DNA of 63,410 nucleotides, counting the filler, from Choristocarpus tenellus KU-1152 (taxonomy: Eukaryota > Protista > Phaeophyceae): assembly GCA_964200185.2 (NCBI GenBank). It is 11 parts of 11 records of this genome, joined end to end, with 100 filler letters (N's around TTAATTAATTAA, not from the genome) between each part and the next. Parts side by side here need not be neighbours in the genome. Positions count along the whole stretch, not along the records: positions 43,807 to 52,276 come from CAXNAD020004674.1; positions 52,377 to 56,229 come from CAXNAD020017564.1; positions 56,330 to 60,329 come from CAXNAD020016733.1; positions 60,430 to 63,410 come from CAXNAD020023185.1; 7 more parts are not named here. One strand, 5' to 3'. Of this stretch, positions 49,473 to 62,199 are shown one piece after another. A program made the translations under genes and the position numbers. The notes below the pieces were generated by a model. It saw only the letters and a list, made by a program, of their open reading frames with translations. It had not been told where the DNA came from and did no database searches. The stretch's first letter is position 1. Each line of letters starts with the position of its first letter.

Positions 49473-50336
49473 TCAGCGCTTCGAGGTTTTAGAGTTCCTT
49501 AGCCTCTTCGAACGCCGGCATACCCCCTCCACGGACACTTGCCCTTCACCTAGCTCCCACCCTGGGTGGAATCTTATCCTTTCCGTCCTTGACATATACT
49601 CATCGATAAAAATCGTCGTGCCAACCCCATTCGCGGAGGGAGGCATAATGGAGGCAGATGAGGACCGCCCTCCAGCACCCTTGGTATACCAATGCACGCG
49701 TACATTTCGAGCAGAGTAGTCCATTCCACAGTGGACGAGTGAGCCGTGAAACAGAAGTATGTCTCCCGGCTGCAGAGTAACAACGTGAAGTTCGTCGTTG
49801 AATACCTCATCCATATCATGACTGTGTTTCCACACCCCGAACCTAGTCCCACTCTGGAGGGCCATGATACCACTCACAGGGAAGCGTCCTCTACTACTGC
49901 TGCCAACCCCAGTCCTGATCGCACTCCCAATGGGGGCATGCTCAATAGTGTTTCTCTTGGGGTAGTCTCGGTGAGCAAACTGGCGAGCACAGTTCGGCTC
50001 CGAGATGAGAATGGATGCCTTGTCTGGCACAAGCTGGGCCTCCACTCCAAGGCGGAGCACCAGGCAAGAGCTGATGATATCTTCGACCTTCCCACGCACC
50101 TCCGACCTCTTCATCTCGGTGATTGGACCCAACTTCCTCTTGGAGTTAGGATTGAAGATGTTGCGTGTCTTTTTCAAGAATCCCTTTCGGTCAACCTGCT
50201 CCCGGATCAAGGCGACGTCTTCAGCCGGAACAGCGATGGGAAACACGACAAAACCATCACCGGCCAGGCGTTTTGCGGTGAAATCCATAGCCTCTTGCGT
50301 ATCCAGATCGGCGTTGCAGGTTGCGTTGGTTGCCAT
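49473..50336 (-). CDS. Intronless 2OG-Fe(II) dioxygenase, phytanoyl-CoA hydroxylase (PhyH)-like, 287 aa
   Basis: N-terminal DGFVVFP, HxD motif (QFAHRDY), distal LQPGDILLFHGSLVHCG, and 2OG-binding Arg in NVRVHWY. ATG to TGA is uninterrupted. Confidence 0.85.
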   Translation of the reverse strand: MATNATCNADLDTQEAMDFTAKRLAGDGFVVFPIAVPAEDVALIREQVDRKGFLKKTRNIFNPNSKRKLGPITEMKRSEVRGKVEDIISSCLVLRLGVEAQLVPDKASILISEPNCARQFAHRDYPKRNTIEHAPIGSAIRTGVGSSSRGRFPVSGIMALQSGTRFGVWKHSHDMDEVFNDELHVVTLQPGDILLFHGSLVHCGMDYSARNVRVHWYTKGAGGRSSSASIMPPSANGVGTTIFIDEYMSRTERIRFHPGWELGEGQVSVEGVCRRSKRLRNSKTSKR

Positions 50337-52864
50337 GACTTTCTTATCCTCTGGTATTACTTCTTCAACCTCGGTCGATCACTAATATGATATGACAGGA
50401 GATAAGCGATGGACACCATGCACAGTCTGATGTAAGAATGGTGCAGATACACAAGCAATTGACAAGTACGCGACTGTTCCACCCAGAAACGACATATAAA
50501 GCAAGAGTCATCGAACACGCAACTTGAGAGGAGATACCTCACGTAGGTTGCAGGACCTATTGATTCAACAAGCTTAGAAATTAGTGCACTGCAATGGAGG
50601 ACGGACAAATCAGAGCAAGCACACTCTCACCAATTTTTCACCTTCGAAGGGGAAAAACAATTGTATCCTTACACCATCACCTACATCCTCATGCTCGACA
50701 AAATTCAGTTGTGAACAAGTATAGGATACCTAATTGGAAACCTCTTGTACAACACAAACCTTTGATGGATGGACGGACGGACGGACGGACGGATATGAAA
50801 TATAAGTATGTAGTGCTCTTTGTATTGATAGTACTGGTATTAGGTGTAGTATTTTATTATGTCTTGAGGATGGAATCAACTTTTTTTTTAAGTCCACAAG
50901 GAAAATGGAACGCTAAACGCTCAACGCTCAAGGCCAACGTAACGCTATGTTATAACTTTTTAAGTTAGTTATATCCATAATACATGATGTAAACACCAAT
51001 TTACTGTGTGTAAAGTCCAATACAAGGACAACGTTCGGGGTTCCGTCGCCCCGCACCTCCATTGTTCACAAAATGCCAGAGATAATTTACTTAACGTCTT
51101 CTACACAACAACAACCACAACCTACTGCAGGGTTGTGGTTAGGGAGGGTCTTCAGCGAATATTGAGCAAATTTATTTTGTAGGTTCAACCGATTATTATA
51201 GATCTACAAAATTGTAACGGTAAAAAAGTCTGAAATATTAATACAGTCACACCTGACATATAAAACTCCATCGTGGTATGTGCCATCATACTCTGCCTCC
51301 CTCAAATCTTGTCCAGTATTTGCTTGAACACAATGTAACCTTGCCATCTCGATTCAGGTTGCTCCATTCATTCTTTTTAGTGATTCAACGCCAGACCAGA
51401 AGATGAAGAAATAATTTTCCGATGTACTTGCCATTTTGTCCATCAAAATCAAGTTTCCTTGATCGGACATTTGACCTTAACCAGTACATTCCAATGACAA
51501 AAGCAGGTAGAGTAACACTGAGATACGGTAGGACTATAGAGTGCCTTTTTTGTTGCCTCGCAGCATTCATAGCCTGCCCCATCACTACATAGTGCTTTAT
51601 GTCACCTTGTAGAGCTCTTAGCCCTCCTAATGCTTTGCAGTGTCGTATGTCGTCTTATAGCAGGTGTAGCGTTCCTTGTGCCGTATGGTGCTACATGTTG
51701 CTTAATAATAGCGCTTTTAGTGCCCCGAACACTACAGAGCACTATGTATCACCTTAAAGCGCTCCTAGTCCGCTCCTGTTGTTCCGTAGTGCTATGTGTT
51801 GCTCCATAGTTTTCGCACCGCTACAAGCCCCATGAAATATGACATTGGGTTTGGAATCCTTTTGCTCAGGTCATCAACATGGTCAACATTTCATACTACA
51901 ATTATTAAATTCTCTGTGAGGTATATAGCTCGACACACTAGTGTGAAAATAATGGTGTTGGATGAACCTTGCATGCCTGAACTCACCATCATGTCACCGT
52001 AGCCTCTAATGCTCAACATGCACCTTAGGAGAACTTGTAGTGCCATGCAGTACCTTATTCCATGAAGGCTACATACATGCGCATACAAATGTATATGCAT
52101 GAATGTCCAGAAAGGGTCAAAGTATCTGGGGGGGGGTGTCGGCGTCCATTTTTCACCCTTTTTTCGATTTTCACTTTTTTGGTGTGATTTGGTCGCACGT
52201 GTTGGATTTGAAATGTAAGAAAAAAAAAGAAGAGTTATTTGACCGAAACGGACGCCCCCTCACAAACCACCCCCCCNNNNNNNNNNNNNNNNNNNNNNNN
52301 NNNNNNNNNNNNNNNNNNNNTTAATTAATTAANNNNNNNNNNNNNNNNNNNNNNNNNNNNNNNNNNNNNNNNNNNNCCATGGGGAGGCAAGCCCCAAATG
52401 GACAAACAGGGCAAAACTCGTACCCTCTAAGATACTTTCACTCTGGAGCCTGTTTGTCTAACAAACAATTATATCTAGGAGTGTCAGAGATTTGGACAGG
52501 ACCGGACCACAGTGGACCGGCATCGGAAAAAAATATTTTGTTAGGATCGGTCGAGGATCGCCACAGTTTTGACGTGACTGAATCGTGGGACAACGTCTCC
52601 GAAATATGTTTTGATAGGGATAGTACAGGTACGTCAGGGAAGTGATCGTACTGGTTTGGTTAACTCCTGGTCTGGCAAAAAGCCCTGTTCCTTGTTTCTA
52701 GGCAAGGGATGTGTTGCATGAACCAAGAGATGTCTGTTTATTGGAGTTGTTGTGTCTTCCCACCACAACCGTATATCATACCTTCGTAGAAGTTCAGGTA
52801 GCTTTCCATCTGTCCCGCTCACCCACTACCAATGGTGTAACTGTTGCTTTAGCCAATACACAAA

Positions 52865-53165
52865 AGCATATTCTCAACACCTTCGCGGTGGAAAGTCTTC
52901 GGTGCCTTAGAAAGCAAGCAGAACACTTCTTAGATGAGTTTGCCACACACACAGAGGGAGGAGAGGGGTGGGAGGATACCGTAGGAAAGGGACTGTCATG
53001 TCCCGTTCGAGATAGTGTCTGTCACTGCACAAGTGACTCTCTCAATATGTATCATGCGTTTCAAGCTAGAGATACCAGGAAGATGGACAAGAAGGGGTCT
53101 GTCAGATTATTGGGAACCTTCCCTAGCTCCTCACCCACCTTTGCAGGGCAAAACTAGGTTAGAGA
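52865..53165 (+). mobile_element. Decayed 3' end of an RLE-type non-LTR retrotransposon
   Basis: TFAVESLRCLRKQAEHFLDEFATH; colinear with 55440-55750. Confidence 0.65.
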
Positions 53166-54803
53166 CATAACAGCAGTGTACCTATTTCATCTTAGTTAGT
53201 AACCTTTAAAGAAGGATTGATGTACTATTAGTTTTCAAATATTAACCTATTTTGAGAGGTGTCTTTTGCATTAACGACAACCAACTGTTACTCTTACCGA
53301 TTGTGATAAATATTTGCTTTTTTCCCTGATACATCTGCAAAATATCAGCATAATAATATAAAATATAAGGTTAACTTTATCACCAACGCACACTATCCTC
53401 TATTCGCCTAGACCCTTGACATGTTGTGCTCCGCAAATATTGTGGTGCATGTACGCTTCACTTTAAGATCAACAAGCAGTATATCGATTTTTTCAAACCG
53501 AATTAGGGCGTATCTTAAAACCCCTTTAGTACATACGCATAACATTCTGTCAAGGACTCTATCCAATCATGGTATTTCTAAAATACCTAAATTTTATCTA
53601 GCGTTGTCAGGTTTGCTAACAAATCTCGAAAGCATGAGTTTAGAGGTGCTATTAGCAACAGAGAAGGTGTCTACCATTACCGGAAAAAAAATGACCAAGT
53701 AATGGAGGAGAGATAAAGTCCAATTTTAGACACAGGTATCAATATGTCTCAAGAGTTTATGTTCACCTATCAGATAGTATTGTGTATATATATTGTTATG
53801 CCCTCTCTAACATTGTGCAGATGTGTCAGAGAAATAGCTAAACCAATATCACAGGTACCCCTGTGAATACGGCAGTTGCCACAAATGTTAAAGACATCTC
53901 AAAATCAATATATCGTATGGAAGGACTCTCCGTGTTGATTCGTGCTAGAGCTAAGCTCGGCGGATTACTGGTATTCAAATGTCCAACAGGGCCTACTCTT
54001 CATGACGCACCCAACCCTGACCGCCCTCCACTCCTGTTCGGCCCGTGGAAATATATTGTTTAATGAGTGTAAACACGGTCATGGTTGATTGGCGATGTCA
54101 TTTTTAATTTGAGCATATATCGTACAGGTTGTTCTGAATAGTGTTACGGCCGTGTCTTTTTGCGTGAAGCTTTATAGACACATGGCAATAGGGACCCCCT
54201 AACCAAGGAGTAGTTGTGGCTCCCTATATCGCATAACAGGAATATACATCCATTCGCACTTATCCACAATCCACAGGATTGTTTGGGTCGGAGGCGCTCG
54301 CTTTTCCTTACACCTGGTGCCACAAATTGGAGAGGCAAGTAAGTCTCAGAGATATTTGGCTTGGTTTGCAGCTGGTACCTTCGCCGGTCGATATAAATTC
54401 CCAGTTGGTACTACTGTTTTCCACTCTGTTTGAATTCATTGTTCCCAATCAATGATGCCCTTTATGGGAGTCCCAGAGTTGGTATTACTACATACAATCA
54501 TACCCTCCAACATTTTATAGACGTGTCAGGGAAAAAGACAAACCAATATCACAAGTATCCTTGTAAAAGTAACAGTTGTCATAAATGTTTCTATCACAAT
54601 ATGCTGTCAGATTGTTGGGATGCTTCCCTAAGTCCTCGTCCTGTTGTGTAGGGCTAAGCTAAGTTAGAGGCATAACAGCAGTCTACACATTACATCTTAG
54701 TTACTAACCTTCAAGGGAGTGTTGTAATATAGGTGGTACTCAAGTAGTAAATAGTTTTTCCGAGAGATGTCTTCACTTTTTGTGATAGTCATCTTCCAGC
54801 TAA

Positions 54804-55063
54804 GAGTGAAAGTATCTTAGAGGGTACCAGTTTTGCCCTGTTTGTCCATTTTGGGGCAAGGCTTCTCAAATATTTTTTAATGACATTTTCCAACTCCAAA
54901 ATGTTTAGGAGTAGGTAAAGTGTGTATGTTATGAAAAGTTATGTCCGGAACAAGGATATTGACACTTCCGAACAAACATGATAGCCAAAATTACATCAAC
55001 ATCGCAATATTCGATTTTGATCCTCAAACGGACGCAGCTCTACCCTCTAGGATACTTTGACTC
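54804..55063. mobile_element. 260-bp PIF/Harbinger (Tourist-like) MITE with TAA target-site duplication
   Basis: 23-bp TIRs GAGT(G/C)AAAGTATC(T/C)TAGAGGGTA, flanked by TAA at 54801-54803 and 55064-55066. Related ends at ~44905 and ~52420-52444. Confidence 0.88.
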
Positions 55064-55439
55064 TAAGGTGCACCTTTAAGGTGATCTACCTTAAGGATAT
55101 AGTTCAAGGTCTGTTGTTCATATGACATCTGCTTTTGCATGTTGAAGTAAACATCTGCTTGAAGAAAATACTGTGTTATTTGAGGGGACCTTGCAACCCC
55201 CCCTATTCACTTTTCACTTGTTCACTCTTTCCTGAGTGATCTTCCTAGGGATTGCTCTCCCTCCCACCTTGTCTTTCTCCATTTCCGTCCTCCTGTGGAT
55301 CTTTCTCGTCCCCTTAAGTCTAAAGAACCTGTGGGTCTGTTTCAACCTGTTTTACAATTTATAACTGTTTCTTTACAGGGGCCCTTCTGATACTGGTTTG
55401 ACTTTTCCATATCTAATGTGTCAGAGGGCACAATAATAT

Positions 55440-56000
55440 ACGCCTTCGCGATGGAAAGTTTTGCGCGGCTCGGCAAGCAAGCGGAAAGTTTCCTGATGGG
55501 CTAGCTACACACACGGTAGGGGGGAGAGAAACCGGAGGCTACCGTAGGAAAGGGGCGGTCAAATTCGGCCTACGACAAATAGTCTCTATAACAACACAGG
55601 TGGCCCTATCTAGAAGTGTCATGATTTTTAAGCTGGAGACACCAGGGAGATGGGCAAGGAGGGGCTTGTTAGATTCTTGGGATGCTTCGCTAGCTCCTCA
55701 CCCTGGGGTGCAGGAATAGCTAGATTGGAGACACAGGAAGGCAGTGGTCCAACACACCTGGTAGTAAAATAGGAAGTAGATAAATGTTTTTCGCATTTAT
55801 GACAACTGTTACTTTTTTAGGGATTTTTCTGACATGTGAATAGTTTTCATTGGTTTTCCTTTTGACACATCTGCAAAATGTCAGAGGGCATAATAGTAAA
55901 ACATGGATGCTTCCCTAGCTCCTCACCCTGAGGTGCAGGAATAGGTTTGAGACACAGGAAGGCAATGGTACAACATAGATAGTAGTAAAAAAGGAAATAG
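55440..56000 (+). mobile_element. RLE-type non-LTR retrotransposon 3' fragment with a duplicated tail
   Basis: AFAMESFARLGKQAESFL..LRQIVSITTQVALSR resembles the C-terminus of restriction-like-endonuclease LINEs. The tail is repeated at ~55905-55990. Confidence 0.7.
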
Positions 56001-56908
56001 ATAAGATTTTTCAGACATGGGAATAGTTTTCATTAGTTTTTCTGTTGGCACAGGCGCAAAATGTTAGAGGGGATAACAATATGTTTGTACTGTTTATTAT
56101 TGTTATATATCATTATGCCGTCTGACATTTTGTAGATGTGCCAACAGAAAAACTATTGTTAGTATTTATATTATTATGCCCTCTGACATTTTCCAGATGT
56201 GTCAGGGGAAAACCAATGAAAACTATATANNNNNNNNNNNNNNNNNNNNNNNNNNNNNNNNNNNNNNNNNNNNTTAATTAATTAANNNNNNNNNNNNNNN
56301 NNNNNNNNNNNNNNNNNNNNNNNNNNNNNGTACCACGGTATAACGGTATATGGCATACGACAATAACGGTATAATAACAGACTAACAAGCTTTCCACAAC
56401 TAGGTTTTTACAAGTTGGCATCATTGATAACTCAATATGTACACTTGACATCACAATAATTTAGAATTCACCACCTTCATAGGGGTATTTAGAATTATTA
56501 AAAAATATCTAATGTATCCAACGAAAAATATCGACACTTCAACTTCAATCTTCGTCGGTATGAATAATATCTTCTTTTGTATTAACTTTTGTTTTACTAT
56601 TCGAGAAATGTTCCCACTCAATCCGATTTGTGATCTGTCCATTTCTAGTTTTATTTTTCGATTTCGATAACTATTCTCGGTCTCTTTATTATGTACACAA
56701 CATCAATCGTAGTAGTAGAGTCGTATTCTATAACCCAATGACTCAATAGAGATGAAGAGACACCAAACAAGTTTCTAGTATTGTTATTCAATGTCAATTT
56801 TTCGTACGTCGTTCCTGTTTGTTTTACGGAAAGAAGGGTTTAGGAAAGGTGTCATTGGTTAATCTTGTTTTAGGAGGAAACACTTGAGTGGTTAAGGCAG
56901 TTGTAGGG

Positions 56909-59900
56909 ATGGGGTGCGAGAACAGCAAGAGGACCACCGATGACGATGTCTTATCGCATATGGTCAGGCAGAGGAAGGTCGGCGCTGTTCTGGAGATGTA
57001 CTACGAGATACTGAATACGATCGGACACGGTTCAAGTTGAGAGTCGCTGGGTGCGCTGGCTGTGGATGATAGGGTTGGCGCAAGGATGAAACCTCCTTTA
57101 CGTGGTAGCCACGGGAAGGAAATTGAGTATTATGATTATTTCGATTTGTTTTGAAGGGGTCTTCCGTCCTTGCCATAGATTGAAGCCCTTATCTCCCTAA
57201 ATGTACCTTCTCTTTGCAATTTGAAATGTCTCAATTTAACTTGAGTTGTGGCTGTGGAGACTCTGTATATTTCTTCCATGTTGAAATGTGCCTGTTTTCC
57301 ACTCTTGCTTATGGCTGCTTATCGATTCATGTCATAGAATGGAGACCACCTATGGAGAAGGTTGATATTAGAGAAGGGCAGTTATTCCAGAGCAACGAAA
57401 ACCACAATATGGAGTTTCATGCTGTTGTTTTTACGGTCAATAGAAATATGACATTCGTAATGAATTGGTGACTTCTTCACGACAGCGCTCTTTCTTCCCC
57501 TCCCACCCATCTCCTGGCCTCCTCTTGATCTCTTGCTTGCGAAGTGGGAACTGTTTCTCGAGTGCAACATCTTGCCACTGGAAACCAATATGCAATGAAG
57601 GCAATACAGCTTTCGAGAATATCGGCAAAGATGGTGCAAGAGATGCGCAACGAGATAGGCATACTTAAACGCCTCGATCATCCAAATATCATCCGTGAGT
57701 TCAACTCCGACCGCCACCACTTGTAGATTTGGCTCTGCAAAAATGATACAGAGAACCCACATATTCGTGCCCCGTTTTCTCTCTAAAGTCCGACAATCTT
57801 GAGTTTTCTAGGACGTGCATGCGGGATCTTGGCAGAAAAACCTGAACCTTCCCACACCGAGAATCCTGGGCAATTCTATGAGCTCATCAATGCGCTCTAT
57901 GACAGAAGTCCAGGAGTGCCCGTCGGCCCAATGGGGTTTGACCCCATTGCACTATCTGTACTTAGTTTTTGTGGTACAAGTGTACAGTAAGAAGCTGTTT
58001 TCCTCTGCTTTTGTGAGACTGCCTCCTCTCTATCATAACCCCAGCTAGTATATCCCTCCTCAACCCCCCCACTTCTTTATAATCCGCTTCAAATATTTGC
58101 TGCTTTAACCCTTCAACCCATCTGCACAACTGCTAGAGGCATAGAGCAACCTGAACCACGCCTTCTATACCGTAAGGTGTGCATTTTAGCTTACCATACC
58201 TCTTCCGGTGAATGAGCCATCGTTTGATGCCCACCCTACCGTCTCACCACCACTACTATTACATTTTTTTGCTATCAAGGAGCGATCGAGACATTCGAGA
58301 GCAAGCGCAGGGTATTCCTTATCATGAAGCTTTGCACAGGGGGGGACCTGACGAAAAGAGCGCCATACACAGAGAACGTGGCAGTGTCATTAATCACCAA
58401 GGTACTGTTGCAACCTATTTCCTCACATCCTATTTCACTTGCCTCTCTGTCTTATAATTGTATTTTTCTCAAGTGGTGAAATGCTTATCTCGATACCGAA
58501 TATATCCATTTGTGAGTGGCCAGGTTGCAAAACATTTTCATGTCAGTCCAGATGGTAAGTGATGTGATGACACATGCTGCAGTTTTGATGGGTCATGCGC
58601 TTATTTGTGAATAAGCTAGAGGATCCAAGATGTTGTTCATGAAAGGGATTTAGTGAAGTGTGAACTTAGTAGGAGACAGCAGAGAGGTCCCGGGCACAAT
58701 TGATCATCTAAGGGGGAGCAGCGCACTCCACAGTATGGTACTGTACTCTCAGCATGCTGGAACATCCTTGACATACACTTGTGGAAATTTTTTCTTGCTG
58801 TCACAGAACTGGGAGCACTGTAGTGTTTAAAATTTGAAGTGTTGGTTCTCGAACACACTGTGCATAAGCAGGAAATTGATCCCTCTCCTGCTGACTTGAG
58901 ATGGTGGTTTATGATGACACTGCGGTTACTATGTAGTGTAACTCTCGAACAGATTGGTATAGTGTTGTTTTTGTAACAATTTTTTCACCTAGATTGCACA
59001 TCCATGCCCCCTGCCAACCTGCATTCCAACTTGCTTCAATTGCCAGAGGACATTTAATGCGATTATTGATGGGTCATGAAGGGGAACACCTCACGTGACG
59101 GTTGCCCAGAGCTATTTTTGATGCTCTGTCCACTGGGGTTGGTATACCAGGGTGTTGTAGCCAACTCAGTCTCTTGTCTTCAACTGTGCAGAACCGGTAG
59201 AGAGGGTACAGATGTTGTCGCCGGTCCCGCACGCCTCTAGTCCGTGCAACTCCGGCTGTACGTATTTGTGTGCCTGCATGTACATGTGGCTTACATACAA
59301 CCTGGCGAAACTTTTTCTAGAGTCTCAAGTTTCTGGCTTTTCCCCTCAATCATGGAGCATGTTTTTAGACCTTGTTGGTTCCCTCTTCGGTGTGCTGTGG
59401 TGTACTGCTCACCCTGCACACATCATCCCTCTATATTGGTTTGTCACGGCTGGCCTACGACAGTGTGTTAATTATTTCTACGCATGTTGCAAACATGCAG
59501 TCAGCTGTCTTTTTTTATTTTTTATTATTATCCACAGCTGTGCATTTTTTGGTAACTATTGTTTACTTTTTTGTGTTCTCATGGTTGAAGAGTTAGGGTT
59601 AGGGTTAGGGTTAGGTTTTTTATTATTATTTTTTTTCTACAAACCGCCTTAAGTGCACGTGAGAGGCTTCCCACGGATTTGCAACAAGACACCGGTGTTG
59701 AAAAGGCAGTATGTGATGTATGTGGACATACCGGTGTGTATGTGTGTGTATGTGTGTGTGTGTGTGTGTTGTGATGGCCATTACGAATGCCTCAATTCAT
59801 AGGAGTGCGTATTCTTGCAGTCAAAGTCCACAATGTACTCCTGCCCCCATACCCTTCTCAGAGCTGTGTGGTACACCATACTCCTGGTCCAGACTTCATT

Positions 59901-60100
59901 TTTTTGGCATTATTGTCCCCCCTCACCCCTTCCTCCACATCGCTCGAAATGCCTTTGATGGTCTTGCCAAGATCCTCTCCGCTGTGTCTTACATGCACTC
60001 AAGGAGCATCTGCCACCGAGACCTGAAACTGGAGAATGTCATGTTTGAGTCTACTGATCCAGATTCTGAAATCCAGATAATCGATTTTGGACTATCGAAG
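56909..60100 (+). CDS. CDPK/CAMK-like Ser/Thr protein kinase, 5' four exons: 56909-57035, 57545-57694, 58280-58401, 59972-60100; 3' missing
   Basis: The spliced frame reads MGCENSK..YEILNTIGHGSM|GTVSRV..YAMKAI..RNEIGILKRLDHPNIIR|AIETFE..LIMKLCTGGDL..|ILSAVSYMHSRSICHRDLKLENVMF..IIDFGLSK. Phases 1, 1 and 0 all agree. Confidence 0.95.
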
Positions 60101-60489
60101 GTATAGTTAGTGCGGGGTTATGATATGACTTCACCTTGTGGGATAGATCAGATAAAGTTGGGGGGGGGGGTGGGGGTGGGGGGGGGGATGGGCAAGGGTC
60201 TTGGCGTTTGAAGATTTTTTTTTGTTTATGAAGCTGTGTTTTTGACAAACAGGGTGGTTGTTTCACTGTGTGTGTGTGGGGGGGGGGGGGGTAGTAAACC
60301 TCTTTTAGCCTTGTGTTTTCTTTGTTACGNNNNNNNNNNNNNNNNNNNNNNNNNNNNNNNNNNNNNNNNNNNNTTAATTAATTAANNNNNNNNNNNNNNN
60401 NNNNNNNNNNNNNNNNNNNNNNNNNNNNNCCCTGGGGTAGACCCCCCCCCCCCCCCAGCTACTTTGAGTCAAACTTCCAGTTGAGGTCC

Positions 60490-61890
60490 TAAAACTTGAC
60501 CTAGAGGAGGATATGGCCATCCCCCAGGGTTTCTAGGAGGTTGTGTGATCTGCGTGGGAACAGGAAGTTGTGCCAAAGGTCTGGAAGGATGAAGTCATTA
60601 CCGTGGTGTACAAGAGAAGGATCGCATTGATTCTGGCAACTACAGGGGCATCTCATTGCTGGCACATACTGGCAAAGTCCTCGGGGATTACACAGAGTGG
60701 GATAATATGCTTCATGAGGAGGAGAGCGTTGTTTCTGGCCCAGACGTTCCACAGTGGACAAGATGTATGTTGCCCTCAAATAGCTTAACTGGGAAAAGTG
60801 TCTACCTCTCTTCATGTGTTTACACCGATCGACAGAAATAATATGAATATGTTGATTGTGATCTCCTGTAGGTTGTGCTGATCAAACTTTGGCGTACCTC
60901 TGAAGATGATCTCTGGCATCTGCCAATTCCGTGATGAACGAGGGCATACGACAGCATTGGTGAGGGTGAGTGCATAGATTGGTTCAAGGTTGGACAGGGG
61001 TGTGCTCTCGTTCCAATCCTCTTCGTCATCTTCTTTACCTTAGTGCTAAGTATGGCAGTCAAGCGGTTGACCTCTGACCCAGCCAACTCCAAGGACCTTG
61101 CTGTCATCAAGAGAGCGGTCACAAAAACTCCATGAGAGAAGGAGGAGTACAAGGGAGTAGAACAGCACTTTAGCAACTTTTGTGGGGTATGCTTTATGCT
61201 GATGATGCAGACATTGTCTCCAAAACCCAAGGACGTTCGACCAAGATGATTGAGAGTGGTGGAGATAAGGTGGCCAGATCATGGTCTGACTGTATCAGCA
61301 TTAAAGACGGAGACCCTCTGTCTTCGCTCTCCTGATCAGGGTGCCAAATCCATGCAGATTTAGATAAGACGGAACCTCAGTTTCCCACTTGAGCATAAGA
61401 TTTAACGCTCAAAACTGAGCTACTTGATGTTCTATTGTATGCTTGTATGATGCGGACACTCCACGAGGCTCATCATCTGAATCTCCGCTTCAATCACAAC
61501 AAATTCCTCCTCCACTGCATACATTTCTGCACACGGGAACACATAGATCATATCCTTTTCTACAATGATACTCTTGTAAAGATTGGGTGTGAGAGTATCA
61601 ACACAACGGTCTACAAGCAAAGGCTCCTATTGGTGGGTCAGTTGCCGTCGGGGGGATATGTGACTTCCTGAGGTATTGATATATGGGGAGCCTGCAAATG
61701 GAAAACGGAACGGGGTGGAGAGGAGAGGAACTGGTGGACATGTCTCCAACATGAACTTCACAAGTTTGGTGTTGTGGATTGTGAGGGTTGGAGCACGAAG
61801 GTCACCATCCAACAGGAGTGGTATGAGTGTGTGGCTAAGGGCACATGAGATTCATGTCCGAGTGGCATTCCAAAGGAAGCTGTGACAACT
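60490..61890 (+). mobile_element. Degenerate RTE-clade LINE reverse transcriptase
   Basis: VPKVWKDEVITVVYK, GNYRGISLLAHTGKVL, VGQGCALVPILFVIFF, MLYADDADIVS, and C-terminal LIYGE..NWWTCLQHELHKFG. Many frameshifts. Confidence 0.9.
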
Positions 61891-62199
61891 AACTTACGTC
61901 ACAAAAAAGCAGCACCTAAAATTACCGACGCTACCAACACCCTTGTTTGCTGAACGCTGTTTATTCATGGGTTTATCCTCTTGCCTATATATTTTTTTTC
62001 TCTTTCCCTTATGTTCATTTTGGGGGGGTGATGATGTTTTTTTCCTGTGGGTTCTATTGTTTCTCTTCGTTTTTCCTTTTTCTTCTGCTTTGCTTTTCTT
62101 TTTATGACCCTTGTTGCCTTTTCTCGAGGGCTGTGTGTTGCTTGTTTGGACTACTTTTTTGATCACGAGCCTCAGGTTCCTCAGACTATGCACTAATAA

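Noticed and set aside
54150-54480. Possible Penelope-like RT remnant (LGIYIDRR..QTKP..YLP on the minus strand)
   Set aside because: Too degenerate; no catalytic RT or GIY-YIG motif seen.
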